Of a DNA stretch of 20,000 nt, positions 16,616 to 20,000 are shown piece by piece; the first letter of the stretch is position 1; each line of letters opens with the position of its first letter. Where the stretch lies: IMG/VR virus record IMGVR_UViG_3300017990_000011; one strand, 5' to 3'. A program made the translations under genes and the position numbers. Under the pieces are notes generated by a model, which worked only from the letters and a program-made list of their open reading frames with translations, was not told the origin of the DNA and ran no database searches. This DNA comes from an uncultured virus (IMG/VR IMGVR_UViG_3300017990_000011) (Duplodnaviria > Heunggongvirae > Uroviricota > Caudoviricetes).

Positions 16616-19600
16616 TTATTCTAATAAATAATACCAAAACTTAGAGTTTTCTTCATCATTTTGTCTTTCTTCTATAACAATAACCCCACCAGTTGTCGCC
16701 AACAATATCAAATTATCACTACTGGAATATCTTGATACACCTTCTAAAACTGATATATCATTAAATAAAACATTAGATAATATAAGACCATCTCCTGGTA
16801 TATACACATGACCAGCGGTGGCTTCTGTCCAGTTAGATGTATTATTGTATACAGCTATAAACTTAATACCATTAACAAGAGGATCGATTGTTTCTTCTGA
16901 TAATAATATACTTGTATCATAGTAAGATAAATCAACGTACATGTCTTTTAGATAAGTAATTCTGGTACTATAGTAATGCGACGCTCCTGGATATAGTGTC
17001 CTAACATCCGCTCTACATGTGTGTTCAAATGGTACCATAGACCATTCACTATCACTTGTCTTTTTATAAAATATGTTGGAACCACATTTTAATATTTCTA
17101 TTTTAACATCGTACCAAGTATTAAATTCAAATGGGTAATCAGTAAGACTACTTGTACCAATCTGATCATCAGTTACACGGAGATAACCATAGGCTTCTGG
17201 CTCCCCTGAATCTTTATAAAAATAAACTTCTGTATCACGTTCACTGCGATCGAATGTTTCATTATCTCTATAAAGTCCGGCAAAAGAATTAGCTGTTTGT
17301 GTTAGACTCACACTGAATAATAAACGAGGATTGGAGCCACTAATACTTGGCATAAAAGCGTCCCTATCCAACATCAATTCGTTTGCCATTATACCACAGT
17401 CCCAGGCGCTATTATCATTTCTTATTTTTAGAGCGTTGGATTCTAATGTTATAAATGAGCTTGAGTCTGGTGCTTTGTTAAAGGCATATAGGTCGTCATA
17501 GTTATCAAATCTATAAGGTATTGTAAAACTATTTATATCCTCGCTATTTCCCGCTGAGGAGTTTCCATAATACATATAGAACTCAGTAGTTCCTTCTGGT
17601 GGTAATGTTCTTATATAGGACACACCACTAGTGGTCCAATGTTCAAATTTATGTGGTATATCTGTTAAATTATTTATTGGATCTCCACCTTGCCAATACA
17701 TTTCTGCGGAATTATCTGGTATTTGTTTAAATCTTATATCACTACCATCTGGATTTACTTTACTATAATCAAATGAATTAAGATTGCTACTTTCATATAA
17801 CTCCCATTGCGCAAGTTTTAAATTATCATTTGCTGTCATACCACTAAGTCTATACCATCTATAGGGTGTGTAATCATATGAATCCTGGCGTGTGTGGTAT
17901 CTCAGTTCAGCTATCCTATTACCAGTGGCACCTGGAATAGAGACAGCTCTTATGAATTTAAATCGTCTCAACGCCTGTTTTCGAGGATAAAGATATCGCC
18001 AAGACTGTATAGGAGAGCCACCTGAACCCATTATCATAACTTCTTCGCCTGAAAATTCTCCTGTATTAGAACCATAAAATAAAATACTTCTAGGTGCCTG
18101 ATCAGAAGAACTATAAAGCGATCTAAAACCAATCCGATCCACATATTTTGGCTCTTCAAATTCATACTGTAACCAGTTAGTTGGCGGCTGACCTAAATCT
18201 ATATATGTATTCGTATCATCATCAAAAACTATACTAGCATCACCATTTCCAGACCAAGTTGTTGCTACACCATAACTAGTTGCAAGAGACCAAGTAGTGG
18301 TTGACACTCGAATAAATATCGGACAGTAACCAGGATATTTATTCGGGCTTTTCCATTCAGTTGTACCTATTGTACCTAATGAATCCCATGTACCATCACT
18401 GCCATCTGTAGAATCATTAGAACCTTCTATATCAGGGGTATCGGTGATAATTCTATTACTCGCATTAGCATCTGTGGCACACAATTTCATGAAATGAACT
18501 ACCTTTTCGTTGCCGGCGCCAAAATCTACAGCCAAATATGTCATACCCTGACAATATGTTGTCAAATCACCATCGGACATATTACTAGGATCACCACCAG
18601 AATTATTAGCATAGTGTGTGTAAACTTCACCACCATGAAGTAGTGATTCACCAGCTGGGAATACTTTGTAATCCTCTGTTTCTTGCCAGTCATACACCAA
18701 AGCCTTATAGGCGTATAATTCCATAATTAAAATATTTACTGTGGATGTTGATCTTAATCTTATATATCTATAAGGTGTTGCGTTTTCAAAATCTAAGGTG
18801 TGTAATACTTTTGCTGGTGTTGTGCTTTGTTCATGTAAAACAATATAATTTATACCATCATTACTACCAGCTATTTGTGTAGGGTCATACCCATAGCCGG
18901 TTGAGGTAAGACTTCCTGGTTTTATTTCTACTCTACAAACAGCAGTGCCACTACCTGGTCCGAAATCATAGTACCAAGATGAATCAGGTGTATTCCAATC
19001 GCCCCAGGAATCTGTGTTTGGCGGCAACGCTTTGTGCGCATTTGAACTGTTTTCTGCTGCAGAACAGTTAGCATCATTAGTAAAAACAGTGGCACTATAT
19101 GTTATAAGATCTTTTTTATATACTTTATTTGTGTTTAAATCTAAATATGTTTCATATGGATTTCCCACACCTGAAGCTGGAACACCATAACCTTGATTAT
19201 CATATGTACTATAAGGTAGCTCTACATAAACTGTATCATTTTTTATGGTTGGTTGTGGTAGTTTTACCGTTCTTCTATATTGCCAGTTAGATGGCATATC
19301 ATCATCTTGTAGATAATAAAATCTACCTGTTGATGTTTGAAAACATTTACTAGAACCATAATCCAAATCAGTATAGGATCTGGCGGAGGTGTCCATGTTT
19401 ATATGATCAACACCTGAAACAGTTGACACACAAATATAATCATCTGCGCCATGTACATAATTTACTACATTGTTAGTTATATCAGGTTCGCTGAGATATT
19501 GATGTGTGTCTTGAACACCAGAGATTGTAGATATAGTACATCTATATACACCCGAGTCAGTAGTGCCTAGATATACATAAGTATCATCAGCCCAAACAGA

Positions 19601-19720
19601 GTTGACACCTGCGGCGTAACCAACTAACCATATCATTGCCTCAGTCTCACTATCATATACATTGACACCGCTTAGGGTAGATTGATATATATAATCTTCA
19701 GTTGACCATATGTTAGGCAT
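16616..19720 (-). CDS. Large putative virion/tail-associated protein with discoidin (F5/8C)-like and DUF2341-like domains
   Basis: S/T/G/Y/W-rich beta protein; three discoidin-like units (D/EF...GSN...YR/FKFIR...EL), DUF2341-like WQYRR / FDYSKVNPDGSDIRF / FYMYYGN, and propeller-like termini. Confidence 0.75.
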   Translation of the reverse strand: MPNIWSTEDYIYQSTLSGVNVYDSETEAMIWLVGYAAGVNSVWADDTYVYLGTTDSGVYRCTISTISGVQDTHQYLSEPDITNNVVNYVHGADDYICVSTVSGVDHINMDTSARSYTDLDYGSSKCFQTSTGRFYYLQDDDMPSNWQYRRTVKLPQPTIKNDTVYVELPYSTYDNQGYGVPASGVGNPYETYLDLNTNKVYKKDLITYSATVFTNDANCSAAENSSNAHKALPPNTDSWGDWNTPDSSWYYDFGPGSGTAVCRVEIKPGSLTSTGYGYDPTQIAGSNDGINYIVLHEQSTTPAKVLHTLDFENATPYRYIRLRSTSTVNILIMELYAYKALVYDWQETEDYKVFPAGESLLHGGEVYTHYANNSGGDPSNMSDGDLTTYCQGMTYLAVDFGAGNEKVVHFMKLCATDANASNRIITDTPDIEGSNDSTDGSDGTWDSLGTIGTTEWKSPNKYPGYCPIFIRVSTTTWSLATSYGVATTWSGNGDASIVFDDDTNTYIDLGQPPTNWLQYEFEEPKYVDRIGFRSLYSSSDQAPRSILFYGSNTGEFSGEEVMIMGSGGSPIQSWRYLYPRKQALRRFKFIRAVSIPGATGNRIAELRYHTRQDSYDYTPYRWYRLSGMTANDNLKLAQWELYESSNLNSFDYSKVNPDGSDIRFKQIPDNSAEMYWQGGDPINNLTDIPHKFEHWTTSGVSYIRTLPPEGTTEFYMYYGNSSAGNSEDINSFTIPYRFDNYDDLYAFNKAPDSSSFITLESNALKIRNDNSAWDCGIMANELMLDRDAFMPSISGSNPRLLFSVSLTQTANSFAGLYRDNETFDRSERDTEVYFYKDSGEPEAYGYLRVTDDQIGTSSLTDYPFEFNTWYDVKIEILKCGSNIFYKKTSDSEWSMVPFEHTCRADVRTLYPGASHYYSTRITYLKDMYVDLSYYDTSILLSEETIDPLVNGIKFIAVYNNTSNWTEATAGHVYIPGDGLILSNVLFNDISVLEGVSRYSSSDNLILLATTGGVIVIEERQNDEENSKFWYYLLE

Positions 19721-20000
19721 TCATACTCCTATTATCATTCAGAAATTTATTAAGCCAACAAAGAATACCTGTACCACTGTAGTGTGGTATCACTACCTGA
19801 GCAAGCTCTTTAGCCTCATATATAGCATCCTCTGGACACATACTAAATGGTATAAACTTCATACAACCTATATCAGAATAACTACTACCAATATAAATTA
19901 CTTCTTCAGGCGATACTGTGTATCTCTTTAATAGATCATTAGCCAATACTTGTCTCTTACTTTTCTTAGCGTGAAAGAATGGTATATTTTTCGCGCGACA
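19713..20000 (-). CDS. KdsC/CMAS-type HAD phosphatase-like protein, 5' part outside the window
   Basis: Frame stays open to base 20000 (CRAKNIPFFHAKKSKRQVLANDLL...); K..L...EEVIYIG....D..CM.....CP.DA..EAK..A..V....G.G pattern. Confidence 0.7.
   Translation of the reverse strand, partial: CRAKNIPFFHAKKSKRQVLANDLLKRYTVSPEEVIYIGSSYSDIGCMKFIPFSMCPEDAIYEAKELAQVVIPHYSGTGILCWLNKFLNDNRSMNA

Noticed and set aside
208..19931. All plus-strand ORFs in the track (e.g. 208-621, 2844-3284, 3692-4099, 14241-14537)
   Set aside because: They are antisense shadows of well-supported minus-strand genes, with no recognisable motifs.
1..20000. Stop-codon reassignment, CRISPR array, tRNA/rRNA genes
   Set aside because: Conserved genes are full-length in the standard code and use TAA, TAG and TGA as stops; intergenic gaps are short with no repeat-spacer or cloverleaf pattern seen.

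Overview
AT-rich, tightly packed window with all credible genes on the minus strand, many translationally coupled. Gene content best fits a large (jumbo-like) bacteriophage, possibly of an anaerobic host; this is inference, since no capsid or terminase gene is present. In transcription order (right to left) it encodes: a partial KdsC-like HAD protein; a 1034-aa virion-type protein with nested discoidin/DUF2341-like modules; a replication and nucleotide block (DnaX, family A polymerase, free-standing GIY-YIG endonuclease, dUTPase, class II RNR, HAD deoxyribonucleotidase, RNase HII, RlaP-like nucleotidyltransferase, dCMP deaminase); a kinase-less signalling cluster (membrane coiled-coil protein, 4xPAS-REC, stand-alone cREC-type receiver, Hsp20); then a HExxH metallopeptidase, SAM-dependent transferase, small basic proteins and a variant family-4 uracil-DNA glycosylase. 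Non-coding signals: three copies of CTTGACAAA-N13-TTATATTGTA, two copies of ATTTTGTACTATAATA, a 12-bp GC-rich inverted repeat bracketing hsp20, and an SD-occluding hairpin in the hsp20 leader. All family calls come from motif recognition, not database searches.
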